From: Hydrolagus colliei
Lineage: Eukaryota
Direction: 5' to 3'
Length of the DNA stretch: 64,000 nt
NCBI GenBank assembly: GCA_035084275.1
Contig: CM068750.1
Location: 5,766,001-5,830,000, forward strand
Part shown: positions 27,681 to 41,170 of the stretch, piece by piece
Position numbering within the stretch: position 1 is the first letter of the stretch
Layout: every line of letters starts with the position of its first letter
Translations under genes and position numbers: made by a program
Notes under the pieces: model-generated
Databases searched by the model: none
What the model was told of the DNA's origin: nothing
Seen by the model: the letters and a program-made list of their open reading frames with translations, nothing else

Positions 27681-28862
27681 TGCTGTTGGATTTTGAACAT
27701 CCATCTGAATAGGCAGTGGAGCCAGTACCGGCGTGTTTGGACCAAATTCCACAACTACTTCATCAGCATCTCTGGAATTATCAAGGCTGCTCCTTAGTAA
27801 TATGAATATCCCCTTAGTCATGTGCTCCAACCTTACTTTGAAGCTAAGTTTCCTAGCTGTGTAAAGCCTCAATCTTAACCAATCATCGCATACTCGTGAA
27901 ACATCCATACAGATTTGCCGTCGCCGCAGTTTACTCATTGAAGTCATGTCACTTGGTGTGCAGAGTGCAAGGTTATTCTAGAAATGCATTGATGAATTTT
28001 GCATTGCAACAGTTCAGAGTAGCAACAGCCGCAGGAACCAGCCCATTCAAAGCTGCGGAACAGGCCTTTGAGCATCATAATGTTATCAGTCGGTTACTCT
28101 GCCTTCAGCAAAATGATGTCAGTCTCAAGCTGCCTTATTACAGGTTCACTGCAGGCACTGTTATCAACATCAGCGCTTGATTGCATCATGTAATCAGGGG
28201 AGTTTGGGAGAACTCGGCATCAAGCAGTTTCTAACTGAGTTGCAGCATCTTGAAATATGAATAAAATTGCCTATTGCAGCCCTGAACTTGTGCATTTTCT
28301 GTGTTACAGCCTCCGGTTTATCTTAAAGTACTGCTCTGGTCTTAACAATAGCAGAAGCAACAGTGTTCAAGAATTTTGTCAGGAAACTACATCAATAATC
28401 CACGAAAACAGCAGGAGGCAAGGTGATGGTCAGCAGATTGCACGCCCACTATTTCAGAGGCTCTGGAATTATCAAGGTTGAGAGTTAGCATCAGGAGGCT
28501 GTGATGCTGCAGAACGAATGGTTGATTGTCGATTTGAATTTATGTAAAACACAACTACAGGAGCTGAAAAAAAAACACGAGCGTGCAAATGCATCAATGT
28601 TACTTACCATTAAAAAAAAGCTTTGTTGGGAGTGCAGTCACGGTAGGCCTACATCTGTTTTCCTTAAACGGCTGCACCATAATAATACTTGCATTTGATA
28701 TAGAGTCTCAAAGTGCTTCACAGAATATACTGAAGAGTGAATTGACTGTGGGTGAATCCAGGATGCACATACACACACACACACACAGGGGTAATGTACT
28801 CTCCAGAGGACAGAGGGCTTCACAAGGTAGAAGAGAACAATAGCAACTTGTATTTATATGGT

Positions 28863-29092
28863 AAACAAAACACAAAATGCTACAGATGCTGGGAATCTGA
28901 AACAAAAACAGAAGTTGCTGGGGAAACTCAGCAGGTCAGGCAGCATCCATGGAGAAAGGAAAAGGAGTCAAAGTTTCGGGTCTACAACCCTTCGTCAGAA
29001 TGTTTGTGGAATACTGCTGTGTGCAATTGGCTGCCATGTTTCGCCCACAAATATACAGTCAACCTACTGAGTTTCCCCAGCAACTTCAGTTT
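28863..29092 (-). mobile_element. Penelope-type terminal-repeat insertion with hammerhead core
   Basis: Same repeat as 15388; 15-bp TSD TTGTATTTATATGGT at 28848 and 29093. Confidence 0.75.
28968..28998 (-). ncRNA. Minimal type I hammerhead ribozyme core (probably decayed)
   Basis: CTGACGA-A-GGGT-TGTAG-ACCC-GAAAC on the minus strand. Confidence 0.6.
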
Positions 29093-29335
29093 TTGTATTT
29101 ATATGGTGTTGGGGTAGGAGCACTGAAAAATGACATCGTTTGACACCAAGACAGGGACATTAAGGGAGGTGACCACAAAGCGCTATCGACGATGAATGTC
29201 TTCAACGTCAAGAGAGTTTGCTGAGTAAGCTACCCAAGAACGCACTGCAAATCTACTAATAATATCATGGGATGCCTTCAGCAAAGATGTCAGTCAGACC
29301 TTTGATCTGCCAGCCCACTTGCATCTGTAGCAGAA

Positions 29336-29622
29336 ATACTACTTGTATTTGATATAGCGCTTTTCTCGTCTTCTAGACGTCTTAAAGCACTTGACAGTGT
29401 ATACTGTAAAGTGAATTGACTGTATATTTGTGGGCGAAATATGGCAGCCAATTGCACACAGCAGTATTCCACAAACAGCCGTGGATTGAAAAGTTCAATT
29501 TATTTTTATTTTTTTCAAGGGATTATTATCAAGTGTGTGGAGGAAGGAAACTTGGCCAAGGTTTCAACCTGCCAGGAATTGAAACCAGGTCTCTCACTTG
29601 CAAGACGGGTGCTCTAACCACT
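29336..29622 (-). mobile_element. Same SINE family
   Basis: Colinear with the 3515 copy. Confidence 0.85.
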
Positions 29623-31454
29623 GGAATCATGGTGGAAGCAAGACTACAAGGAAAGGGAGAGCAGGAAGATACAAACAAAAGTTCCAACTCTCCTTACTTC
29701 CCTCCCTCCAACCTTGAGAAGGTTAAACAACTACACCAGTTGGGCTGAAGTACACGTTTAGTTCAAGATGTAAATACTTTGACCGCTCAGATACGATCAG
29801 ATTCAGTGCTTTACACAATGATAATGTGTGCCCTGAGGTACAGAAGAAAATGGGAAAGGTTGCAGTACTTACAAGTAGTCTGCTCTTCCTCATTAATAAG
29901 ACCTGAAATGGCACAATTTTGCATCTCCAGTTCATATTTAATAACCCGTTATTAAATCTATTACTCACCACTCACAATCGCCTCAAGGTGATCTTCCCCC
30001 ATTTAATCCGCAAAAAAAATACATTCCGCTTCTTTGGCTTTGTCCGTCCGTTTGCCCCTCTCCCCCCTCTCTCACGTCCCCACCATCCGCTCCCCACCCA
30101 CCCCACCCTAGAAAACTTTCTGTTTTAAAACTGCTTCATGTGTTAGACTGACTGCATCTGACAGCAGTTAACACTTCATCATAATTTTTTAAACAATACA
30201 CTTCCCCCTGCCCCCACCCCCATCACCAGTCACAAGCAAATTCACACAAGGAGAGTTCGAGACCTCCTACCTGTATATTCTTAGGTAGAAAACAAATGAG
30301 AAGTCAGCCTTAAATAAGCTTAATGGAATCAAAGCTGTTTGCACCATGGATTTATGTAAAAGAACTGTTGCAGGCATTTGAACAATGCAGTAAACTTCCA
30401 GCGTAAGCAACTAACTGCTCCATTTGCAGGCATGTAATATTCAAATGTTTCCGTGCTTAACGATTGAATTGTTACCTCCTTGGCACCTGAACAAAAATCG
30501 CCTCATTTCTGAACTGTTGGTTTTCTTTTCTGATGTAAATTCCGGGCACTCTGGAGACTGGTACATTTGCATCACCAGACTGCACAATCCGTCTGACACA
30601 CGCACACAAAATTAACATGCAAATTGCAGGCTTTTTGCATCTAAAAAAATGGGGGGGAAACCACAAGAAAGGCAGAGATTGCAAGGCAGAATTTTAAAGA
30701 GCGGACAACATTTATTTTAAGTTAATCATCCGTAAAAATGTTAATCGACTACAGCTGTACTTAATTATTAGTCAATTATCTGACTGACGATACATGGCAT
30801 GAAACAGACTGAAACTGCTTTCAGGCTATACTTACTCTTCTATCATCAATCCTTTCAGTTACGGGTCTTGATTTTGGTGAAGGAAGGAACCACGTTGATG
30901 CTTGGGAGCAGATTCCATAAATCTGGGCAGCAAAGCGTGGTGTTCCCGACTGTGGCGGTATCCTCTTGTCTGCAACAGAGTTAAATGGTACATTTTTTGC
31001 TGAAAGATTCAGGGAGGAAGCAGGACAACTGCTGCTATAATTACAGTCTTTTCTATAAAAAACACACTATAAGAAAGAATGCTACGAACTTTTATCACAG
31101 TGGTTCGAAAATAGAATAAGAAAAACAATAATCCTTGTATTTGATATAGTGCTCAACAACAACAACAACAAAATGACACTTGTATAGTGCCTTTCATGCT
31201 TTATTACGTTTTTGAGACGTCTCACAGCACTTCACAGAATATACTGTAAAATACGTTGACTTTGTATTTGGTGGGCAAAATAATAGTCATCAAAGGAGCT
31301 TTGGGACTCGTTGGGGGTGGGTGGGCAATTGTCATAGTTTGGAGCCACAAGACTGATTTATTATGCCTTCCCCCCCCACCCACACAATATTTGTATCACA
31401 ACCCTTCAAGGAGATAAGTGTCTCGGAAGCTTAACAGTAGCAGGGCCCAACGCT

Positions 31455-31615
31455 GAGAAGTGGGAAGGGAGGAGGTAATCGTAAGCACAGTCGAAGAAGA
31501 TGTTCAGTCATGATATAATAGTGGGGAAGGAGGGGAAAGACTTGAGGGAGAGAATTCCCAAGGTTTGGAGTACAGTGACTGAAAGCCCGGCAGCCGATAG
31601 GACCACAGGATAAAA
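31455..31615 (-). mobile_element. Degraded L2 fragment
   Basis: IGCRAFSHCTPNLGNSLP, similar to the L2 copies. Confidence 0.55.
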
Positions 31616-33774
31616 TATTTGACGACAATGTAGCAGCACAAAGTATTTAGGATGATACCATTAGACGATATTAGCCATGTTCCAAAATTGATCGTTAGAC
31701 TAAATGACACTTATCAGGGGTGGGGGAGAAAGAAACAGACAATAAATGCACCTTAATCTCCCATTAATCTAATTGAGCATTTAGTAATAATTCAGTCTCC
31801 TTTTGCTAATTCTGCCGATCACACTTGCTCTAATCAGGAGCAATCTATTACCTTCATAATTACACTCCTAGAAAATGTTCATCTCACAATGAGAACCAGT
31901 TGGAAACAGATTGCTTTGCAAAACAGAGGATTCCTTTCTGCTTCATGTTCCGAAACATCAGACTTTTTAAAGCACTCGAGTGAGGTGTAAGCACCCAGGA
32001 TAGGCGACTGCAAATTCCCTGAACACAGACATCCTGTGAATGTGTGCTAAGCAATTAATGACATTGCTCGGTAAATAACTTTTCCTTCGAAATGTGAGAA
32101 ATATTGGGATTTGTTCCATCAAAAAAAAAGGTTTTGCTGGCATCCAATCTAAGGCTGCCTGAGCCTCCTGCCCGGTAGAATAAGATGGACCTGAGTTTGT
32201 TGCAATGTATGACAACTCCTGATAAATGTCAATCTGTCCACCAGCTGAGCCCACTCCCTCACACCCGGTGGTCTGAGACTCAAAGGGGTGGCTGAACCCG
32301 ACTGACATTAAACACACCCAGCTGTGTTGCTGCAGCAACTCAACCCCCCCCCCCCCCCCCCCCCCACTCCTCTTTATTTGTGATTTATTCACAATGCACT
32401 GCACAGACATTAAGCCCAGATAACCCTCGTAGGGGAACTGTGCTGACAATGTTGGCAATGTGACAATGTCACTGTAGAAAAGCCCTCACCGGTTCCAAAT
32501 TGTTTCTCTCTGAAAATCAAATCGACAAAACAAAGCTGATGGAATATTTATATGATTATTTTACAAAGCTAAGATTTGTAGTTTTTATTTTAAATAGCTC
32601 CCGTTTCCTATCACACGCGCACACACAAGCTATTCATCATTACAAGTGGATTAATAGTTGCCGCTCGAGGGAGAATGCTTAGGATAACTTAAAAACGGAA
32701 TATGCAACCTGTCTCTGACTCCCCATCCCTTGAGATAGCTATCATTATAGGTGGATCACCAATCCAGAGCAACAGCATATCTTCAACACTGTACATGTCA
32801 CTTCAAATACAAATGAGCTGCTCTTTTCCTACGACTTCAGATGCGCATTTATGGTTTGGTAACAAATTATCATTTGCAAGTGGTTTAATCGGATTAGCCT
32901 ACCACTGCAAGGAGATCTACCGGCTCCTCAGTTTATTCAACATAAGGATAATAATAATCCTTCTATTTGATATAGCGCCTAATCATGTCGTTGAGACATT
33001 TCAACGCGCCTTAAAATGCAGACTTTTTCATTCTTCTTCAAAAAGAACAGAGTTATGCCCCCCCCCAAGCTCGAATCACAGGTTAGAAATTTCACCTGGG
33101 CTTAGCCTCTAAGACAATTGCACCTTTAAAATTCAGGATCTCACAGAATTGTGGAAAATTCTTAAATTTAGTTCCAAAAGACTAAAGATTATAATTTAGG
33201 GATTTCCATTATTCAACACAACCAATTTTAAGACAATGTTGTCTTACAGCACAGGAACAGATAGGATTTGGAGTCTCTGGAGCCCCCAGATTTACCTAGA
33301 GATTTCTCCCCTCATCCTTTGACCACCTTTCCTCCCCATGTAGAAAGCTTCTTTCCTCAACGTTAGGCTGAATTCTAGTACTCTGCAGCGATATCAATTA
33401 TAGAAATTCAGAGTGGTGCACATCAGGGGAGTGTTATCTGTAAGAGTGATGGATTGCAATTTCAAACTCATCTGAAAAGATAGGACGACGTTTATTTTTC
33501 AGATGGGATATATACCGTTGTAACCTCTGAAATTCCCCTTGCTCTCTCCTTCCCTGAATGCAGTGACTCCTGCTGTGTATAGTTTCTCAAGCAGCCCTTT
33601 GATAGCTCAGTCAACTGGACATTTTTCCTTGCGCAAATCCAAACTAAATTGAATACTGCTGCCAACATCACCACTGCAAGACAAGCATTTAATATGTGTG
33701 GTGCAAAGTCATTCTGAAGCTCAGGAGAGCTTGCTTAAATCTTAGTGCCGTTTGTTTCAAGATATTGACTAATC

Positions 33775-34077
33775 AATAATAATAATCCTCGCATTTGATA
33801 TCGCGCTTTTCACGTCTTCTAGACGTTCAAAGCACTTCACAGAATATAGTGTAAAGTCTAATGACTGTGTATTTGTGGGCAAAACATGGAAGCCAATTAC
33901 GCACAGCAGTGTCCCACAAACAGTCGTGGAAATGACCAAGTTATTATTGTTGTTTTTTTCTTGAAGGATTATTATCAGACATGCTGGAGTAAGGAAACCT
34001 TTTTCACGGTTCAGCCCTGCCGGGAATCAAACTCAGATCTCTCGCTTGTAAGGCGAGTGCTCTAACCACTGAGCTAC
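33775..34077 (-). mobile_element. Same SINE family, full length
   Basis: Head with CTCGC-CTTACAA-GCGAG anticodon-like arm; tail intact. Confidence 0.9.
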
Positions 34078-34589
34078 AACCACACAACAAGTAAAGAGCG
34101 AGCTTTGGGTTCTTCTTGCAATTTCAGCTTTGCAACGATCGGCTAAAGGCACCATTCAGGGAACAAAAGCCGATGGACATGAAATATTCAGCGGTCATGG
34201 GCAGCAGGGGGATAAAGAGGAAGCTCCTCTTAGCTTTGCGTAACTCTGCGTAGAATGTATGGAATGTGTTGTTAACTGATACACGCTGTTGGGGAGAGGG
34301 AGGGAAAGAGGGAGGGAAAGAGGGAGGGGAGAGAGAGTTCCTGGCAGCCATTTCTAGAGCAACATAGTAATTGTACCATTCAGTAATGGCTTCGTTCTTT
34401 ATTAAGGATAATAATGCACTGCTGCTGATGATGATTATGTACAGTCTAATAACTTAGCTCAGGAGTTCTTTAGCAGAACTACAACGAGAGGATAATGTGG
34501 CCTGGCAATGATGATGCATCTCTCAGATACCCACGGGGTTTAAACCATTTGCGCAGGGTACCAGGCCCTGAACGACCATTCACATTTAT

Positions 34590-34738
34590 TACAAAAACAA
34601 AAGTTGCTGGCGAAGGGTTGTAGACCCAAAATGTTGACTCCTTTTCCTTTCTCCATGGATGCTGCCTGACCTGCTGAGTTTCCCCAGCAACTTTTGTTTT
34701 TGTTTCAGATTCCCAGCATCTGTAGTATTTTGTGTTTT
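34590..34738 (+). mobile_element. Penelope-type terminal-repeat insertion
   Basis: Same repeat with a short inverted 5' piece; 12-bp TSD ATTCACATTTAT at 34578 and 34739. Confidence 0.75.
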
Positions 34739-36604
34739 ATTCACATTTATAATTGTGATTCACAAACCCCCGCCATGTCCCATTTCCTTTCTCAAAATTG
34801 GATGCAAGGCACCTTTTAAAATGAACTCTATCCAGTAAGAGACTACATGTTTAACAATAACGTGCGTGAGGAACCAATTGCGCTCAATGTGCGCAAAATT
34901 AAGCATCACATCCACAAATCAACAGCAAATAAGCACTTAGCAAAGTGTTTCTCAGAAACGAATGTTTTGGTTCAGCATTTTACAGTGTTTTAAAGTCACC
35001 CCTGGAAATTTACAGCCAGCAGCACTAATTTTTTTTTCCTGACTCAACTTTAAGCATTGAACATTTAAAATAACACACTCAATTTAAAAAAAGGAAGGCT
35101 GTAAAATACGGATTAGGCATTCTGAATTGGTCAGCAGTTGTTACTGATTTGGGATTTTTAAAACAATTATTATTTTTACTTACTTTTATCTAACGTATAA
35201 AATTATGTCTTTCACAAAGTACTGTAGTGGGCTATTAAGGGTAATATCCTAATTTTTACCAACCCCAGGCTTAAAATATGCTCTTGGCTGGCAGCCAAAC
35301 AGTACATTAATGGCAAGTACAGTATATTGGTATAACAGTACAATCTATTAAATTAATTTTGTAATGTTTCACTGATGAAATTTTGCAAGGCAACAGAATT
35401 CTATTTCACATCTGGCACCCAAGTCTGATTCCAGATCAGATTAATGGGATTTAAATGCAGTTTGCAGCCTCACATCCATAAACAGAGCCTGGATGAACTG
35501 AAAGCAACTGCCCCAGGCTAACAGTGTATTGTGTAGAAAACCACCCGCTCAGTTATATGGTGGGAACTGAAGCCAATGTGGAAAACAATATCATTATTGT
35601 GCTTTTATGAGCTTTTCATTAAGAGACAGTACAGGGACACACTATTTTATTTTATTAGGGTTCACTCAGCTCAGAGACAGTCTATTAGAGTCTATTACCT
35701 TGTCCTCACTCTCTATCAGCTGTGAGAGAGGTCCTGGCAGCTGCTGAAATCTGATTCCTACACTGAGTATAAACGTGCAAGAATACTATTTGCAAAATTT
35801 ATCCCAGAATGATGTAACCCACCTTTGCGTAAGGGTCTGTGCTTCAAATCAGTTCAAAGACAGTCTAGTGCAAAGAGCAACTAAATTCGCAGCTGAATTT
35901 GAAAATGTATTTACCACGTAAATTTATTTATCACTGCAATGAGAAATACAACTACTACAAGGTAAGCAAAAGGGCAGTTGCAAAGTTAGACCTTAAGGTG
36001 GACAGCTGGAGAGATTCTGCGATACTATGCCCCTTCCATAAAACGTCATCACATTTTAATGTCTTGTGAGTGCACTGCTCTGCCTAGTTTGTCAAGTTGT
36101 TTGTATTTTGCCTGCAGAGCTTAAAAACTCAGTTCGCTGAAATTTATTTGCAGCCTTAAATAATTTAGCTGATCTAGGGAGATTAAGAAACTAATAAATA
36201 AGTCTATTGTGGTAGCACGATTCGCAGTATTACGTTTGCCTCAGAGCTTAATTTCCAGATGTTGTGTATATTAGTTGAATATATTTAGTGTGTACTATTA
36301 TGTTAATACTCCTGGCACTTTTCAAGTTCCCAGATGCCATTTACTATTCTCTGTAATTGGTAAAAGTGATTATGATTACTTATCACTGTGTAAGTAATTA
36401 AATGTAATCGACAAAAATCAACATAATTTCTTGTTACATTGCACAAAAATAAATTTAAACTAAAACAATTCTCTCCACCGGGAACCTTTTCCCCTTCCAA
36501 ATTTTGCAGTATTTTGATTTATTACAGACATTTAATGCAGGTCTGTATGTTATATTTACGGAGGAAAACATGATTTGTTTCATTTACTTGTTGAAGCAAG
36601 TGGA

Positions 36605-36935
36605 TAATAATAATCCTTGCATTTCATTTGGTGCTTTATCATGTCTTCGAAGTGCCTCAAATCACTTCACAGAATATATTGTGCAGTGAATTGACTATAT
36701 TTTGTGGACAAAATATGGCAACAAATTACACACAGCAGTGTCCCACAAACAATCATGGATTGGGATTATTACCCCGGGAAATGTGACCCGCCAATTGACT
36801 AACAACTGTGTTCCTACTTACTGGTAGATAAATAGAGACATGTAGAGGAAGGAAACTTACCTAAGGTTCTGCCTGCCCAAGAATCGAACCTGGATCCCCT
36901 CGCTTGCGAGTCGAGTGCTCTAACCAATGCAGGAC
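36605..36935 (-). mobile_element. Same SINE family, variant with internal insertion
   Basis: Head and tail match; about 50 bp extra internally. Confidence 0.75.
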
Positions 36936-38934
36936 TTCACTATAGGAATCTACGCAAGAGCATGGTAAATCCGGAAAGAAATTGAAGAAATTGTTCAAAC
37001 TCTGCCAGAATTTTGTGGTATGCCAACTCAAAGATTACTTGCTGTTTTCTGAATAGGATTTTTTGTTTTGCTTGCTTGGTTAGTATTTTGCTTCCTTCAA
37101 AACTAATCTGAATTTGAAATGGATCCTTAAAATGAATAAATAATTCATGCAATTGGAGAGGTGGAGCTCAAGGGGGAGTGGAACTAAATGATAAAAAGAG
37201 CCAACGCAACAAAGAAAAGAGAGTTAAAAAGGCTAAAGGTGCTCATACAACTGAATGGCTTCTTTCAACTATAAGCAATGCAAATATAATATTATAATAA
37301 TCCTTGTGTTTGATTTAGCGCTTTTCATGTCTTCTAGACGTCTCAAAGCGCTTCACATAATACGCTGTAAAGTGAATTCACTGTATATTAGTGGGCAAAA
37401 TAGGCAGTTTCCATGGTTCACTTTGTTGGCAAGTGGATTATTTCAGTGTTGACCACATAGAAATCAAACACATACAACAACATTGCTTTCAGCATCGGAA
37501 ATTCTCTATTCCGCTGGCACGTAAATAAATGGTTCAAAGTTGGAGACAGCTTTCATTTCAAAGATGGCACAAATGATCAATAGCCAATATGATAATGAGA
37601 GTATATATTAGAAAGGGTTCTCAATCAGTGGGAGTTTTGTTATTGATGTACTTGTCAGGAACAGAGCAGCGCTAAAAAAAAACTGATAGGCAATTTCCTG
37701 ACCCATATATTACAACTGTCCATGTCATAAAAAAAGCGAAGAAATTTGTTATTTTTCCCCCCAAACGGAGCGGTTCAACCCACTCCCTCACCAGAGCAGC
37801 GGAAATGTCATTCTTCACAGTATTCATCATTAAAAACCCAAACAAAAGACCCAAACGTGGAATTTTTAAAAATCTGTTTAGATTTTGCAACCTACTCTCA
37901 CTGTGCTGGCTATTCTGATGTCTTGGTCATTCGACTGTGAACGTTCAGTCTCCAGTGGAAGAAAAAAAATGGATCAGCCAGGTTCTCCTTTCCTGACCAC
38001 TTGGCAGAGTTTCCTATTGGAAGGTGGGCATGCGTGGACACTGGTTGAGGATACTGTAGATTAAGACTTGACTGTAATGTTCCCCTACAATGAAATATCC
38101 TGCTGTTCATTACTGCTCGGGCATGATGAAAATTCATCAGTGGGAAGGTTTTTTTTAACCCTCTTGAACATTTTTAATTCTACTGTAGATGTTTCCTGGT
38201 TCTTTCACATCTAATGTCACTACGGCTAATTTCATTTCAAAATATTTAAGAAAACATATAGTATGAAGAAAGAGATTATATTGCTTTAATCCGTTTGACT
38301 TTGTGTTTTTCCTAAATGATTCCCCCTCTTTTAAAGTCTTCCTGGGTGCTGGACCATTCCCTTGCTATGTAGATGAGTGGAATGAACATTTTCCCCTTCT
38401 CACACACACTGCAGAAACACCCTGTAGCTTCATTTGTTACCTTGACATCTCCTATGAAAGGATCTCCCATGAATGGGGAAATTATTCTGAAACTATGATT
38501 CTGGGCATACATCACTTCCAAACCTAATTCTGTCCATTTTTCAACTTTAGCCTCAAAGTTTCTCGTTGCCTTCGGCTGATACACTAGGATGAACTAATAT
38601 GCTGGTAATAATGTCCCTCCAATGTCCCCATGTTTGGAGCTGACAGTTGAAATGGGAAAACACACACGCAGCTGATGGGTAACATTAGATTTTGTTTCAG
38701 GATGTGAATACTGCAACTGATGCCAATTCTCCCTCCCACAAAATTAATACGGTTCCACAAGCACAAACTCTCTCCCCAGTAATCTGAGCAAGACTTGGAA
38801 AACGCTCCTCAACAAGATAGATGCAGTTGAATGAAGAAAGTCCTGGAACCACCCAATGTTGTAACCAGAATATACCGTAAATACATGGGCCTCCCTGATG
38901 CTTCTTTAAGAGTTTAGTTTGATTTAGTCAGGCT

Positions 38935-39425
38935 TACAACAACAACTTTGATTTATATAGCGCCCTCAACACCGGACGACGTCTCAGAGCGCTTCACAAG
39001 AGCGGATCCTGGGACCGAGCCAGGGGCAGGGGTAGAAAGGTGACCAAAGGCGCGGTCGAAGAGAAAGGTCTTCAGCTGCAACCTGAAACTGAGAAAAGAA
39101 GGGGCAAGACGAAGGTAGTGAGGGAGGGAATTCCAGAGCCTCGTTGCATAGTGGCTGAAGGTACGGCTGCTGAGGGTGGAGCAGAGGATTTGGGGGACAT
39201 GGAGGAGGCCAGACCCAGTGGAGTGAAGGCAACAGGAGCTGGTTTGAGGACAGAGGAGGTCAGAGAGGTAGGGGGGTGCAGAGGAGTGGAGGGATTTGAA
39301 AACAAGGGTGAGGATCTTGAAGTCGATCCTCTCAGGGATAGGGAGCCAGTGAAATTTGGCAAGGACTGGGGGAGCGAAGTTTGGTGCGGGTGAGTATACT
39401 GGCGGCAGAGTTTTGGATTTTATGG
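38935..39425 (-). mobile_element. L2-clade LINE 3' fragment (same family as 10388)
   Basis: [29 protein letters not shown]...LWNSLP; same tail. Confidence 0.9.
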
Positions 39426-40519
39426 ATTGTGGTGGAGGGGAGTAAAAGCAGTAGATACATTTTAGAGCAGAAAACTTGATTTGTACTCTCGCAATTCTCC
39501 CAATTTCTCTCACTGGGAAGTACAAAGAGTTATCCATCTGTCAGCTAAGCATACCTGCCTGGTGCCAATAGTTTTTCAATGTTATTAGAAAAGCTGTAGA
39601 TTTTCTCTGTTATTAAATAAGTGATTGTGTGAGCACTTTATACTGTATGGGGAGAGAACACTGATCTGCCCAAACTACTTTCTTAAAGTGGTCACAGCAG
39701 TAGCCTCGCTAGATTTGTTCTGGTGTACGGCTGTGAAATGTGAAGTATAAACTGGGCATTAAAATCAAATTTCAGAGTTATTAAATAAACTTGCCTGTCT
39801 GGGGATTGAGGTTCTTTATTGCACCACAGTATCTTCTCTGATCAAATTTGTTCAAGTTGCCTTCAACCTGTGCCAATATTGGGGGGAAAAAAATTGTTTC
39901 TGTTAGATTCTTCGCAGTCGTTCGGCTACAATATTGAGCTCTCTAACTATAAATCTGACAGTTTTAGCAAATAATGGTGACTGTTCTGGTGGTACCCTCT
40001 CCTATTAGTGCTTTCCACGCCAGCAGGACATCTCAAAGTGCCTCAAAGGATACACTATCAAGTGCAATGATTCTGTGTTCTGCAGGCCAAAACATTACCT
40101 TGAAAGACTGTAGCCTTGTCCATGATCAAGTATTGCTTTCAACAAAGTCTCTCAACTGCACAGCACTATTCATGGTCACCTCAGTGATTTATTTCTCATC
40201 ATTTGAACATTCCCAAGCCTTTCACATGGTTTGAAACTGTGTTGACAAAATAAAATTGCAAGGTTTCCAACTCTAACTTGCTCATTCCCAGGATCTTAAG
40301 AGGGTGGATTTCCTAACCATCTCATAAAATCTACCTTTCAAGGTTTCCTCCATCTAATCTCTTCGACTTGCCTTATTTTGCTTCAACCCAGGAAAGGTAA
40401 AAATAATAATCCTTGCATTTGTTGCAACTTAACTTAATGAACAATTGTGGCAGCCATGGTCATTTTACTGTAAACAGGGGACATTTTGCATATTCTATTA
40501 AGAAATCATGAAACATTAC

Positions 40520-41170
40520 CTTTTAAAATGGGGTTTACTTTTCCTGAGGCAGTGAACATTCTTGTGGGTGGTTTGATTCCAACATCAGTGGGTTGGCTCC
40601 CTTCACTCCTGGAGTTCCGAAGACTAAGGTTGTCTTTGACATGCACAGTTGAATGTTTATGAATGTGCACCAGGTTTGGTTAGAGACTTGGAAACCCTTT
40701 CCCGCTTAAAGTTTGTGAATTTGCATTTGCAGAACTGTACGTTTTCTGCATTGAAGCTCACACGTTCAGCCCGACTGTGGAGCAATCATTTGCAGTGGCC
40801 TTGCCTTTTGATGACAGCTCTGGATCAGCGATGAGTTTATTTGATGAAGACATTTCTCAAAAGCCAGACCTGCATCTGAGTTCCCCAACGTATCGAGTAC
40901 TTCTCTGAGGATCACTGCAATCCCTTTGACCTAAAGAAATGGCTTTGTCTGAGCCATTGTTCCTCTTTGTTTCTTCCTTTATGCTTCCAACCTCACCATC
41001 AGTTTCACCATCACTATCACTATAATTTCTCCCCAAGTAATATGAAAAATACCTGAGTTTTTCCCAGTGTATTCACACAATGTAAGGATCTCTGGCTGAT
41101 CAATTATTTCCTGTAGATCTTCTATCTGCTGACCTGATGATGGTTCATGGCATTGAAGCGATGTGACTTC
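40520..41170 (-). pseudogene. Large decayed exon candidate (YSDSDGETDGEVGSIKEETKR...) with three in-frame stops
   Basis: S/D/E/K-rich frame broken by TGA 40857, TGA 40758 and TAA 40680, all in the same frame; donor GTAATG. Confidence 0.42.

Noticed and set aside
31967-32458. 163-aa ORF with poly-Gly
   Set aside because: The poly-Gly comes from a C homopolymer; no splice or homology support
34010-34077. tRNA-Val(TAC)-like sequence
   Set aside because: It is the SINE head. The acceptor stem does not pair, and the sequence recurs fused to the SINE body.
38312-38584. ORF containing SFRIISPF, resembling ELYS C-terminal EIRLISPL
   Set aside because: Match too short and acceptor weak
38953-39537. 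Longest ORF in the track (194 aa)
   Set aside because: L2 ORF2 C-terminal fragment, not a host gene
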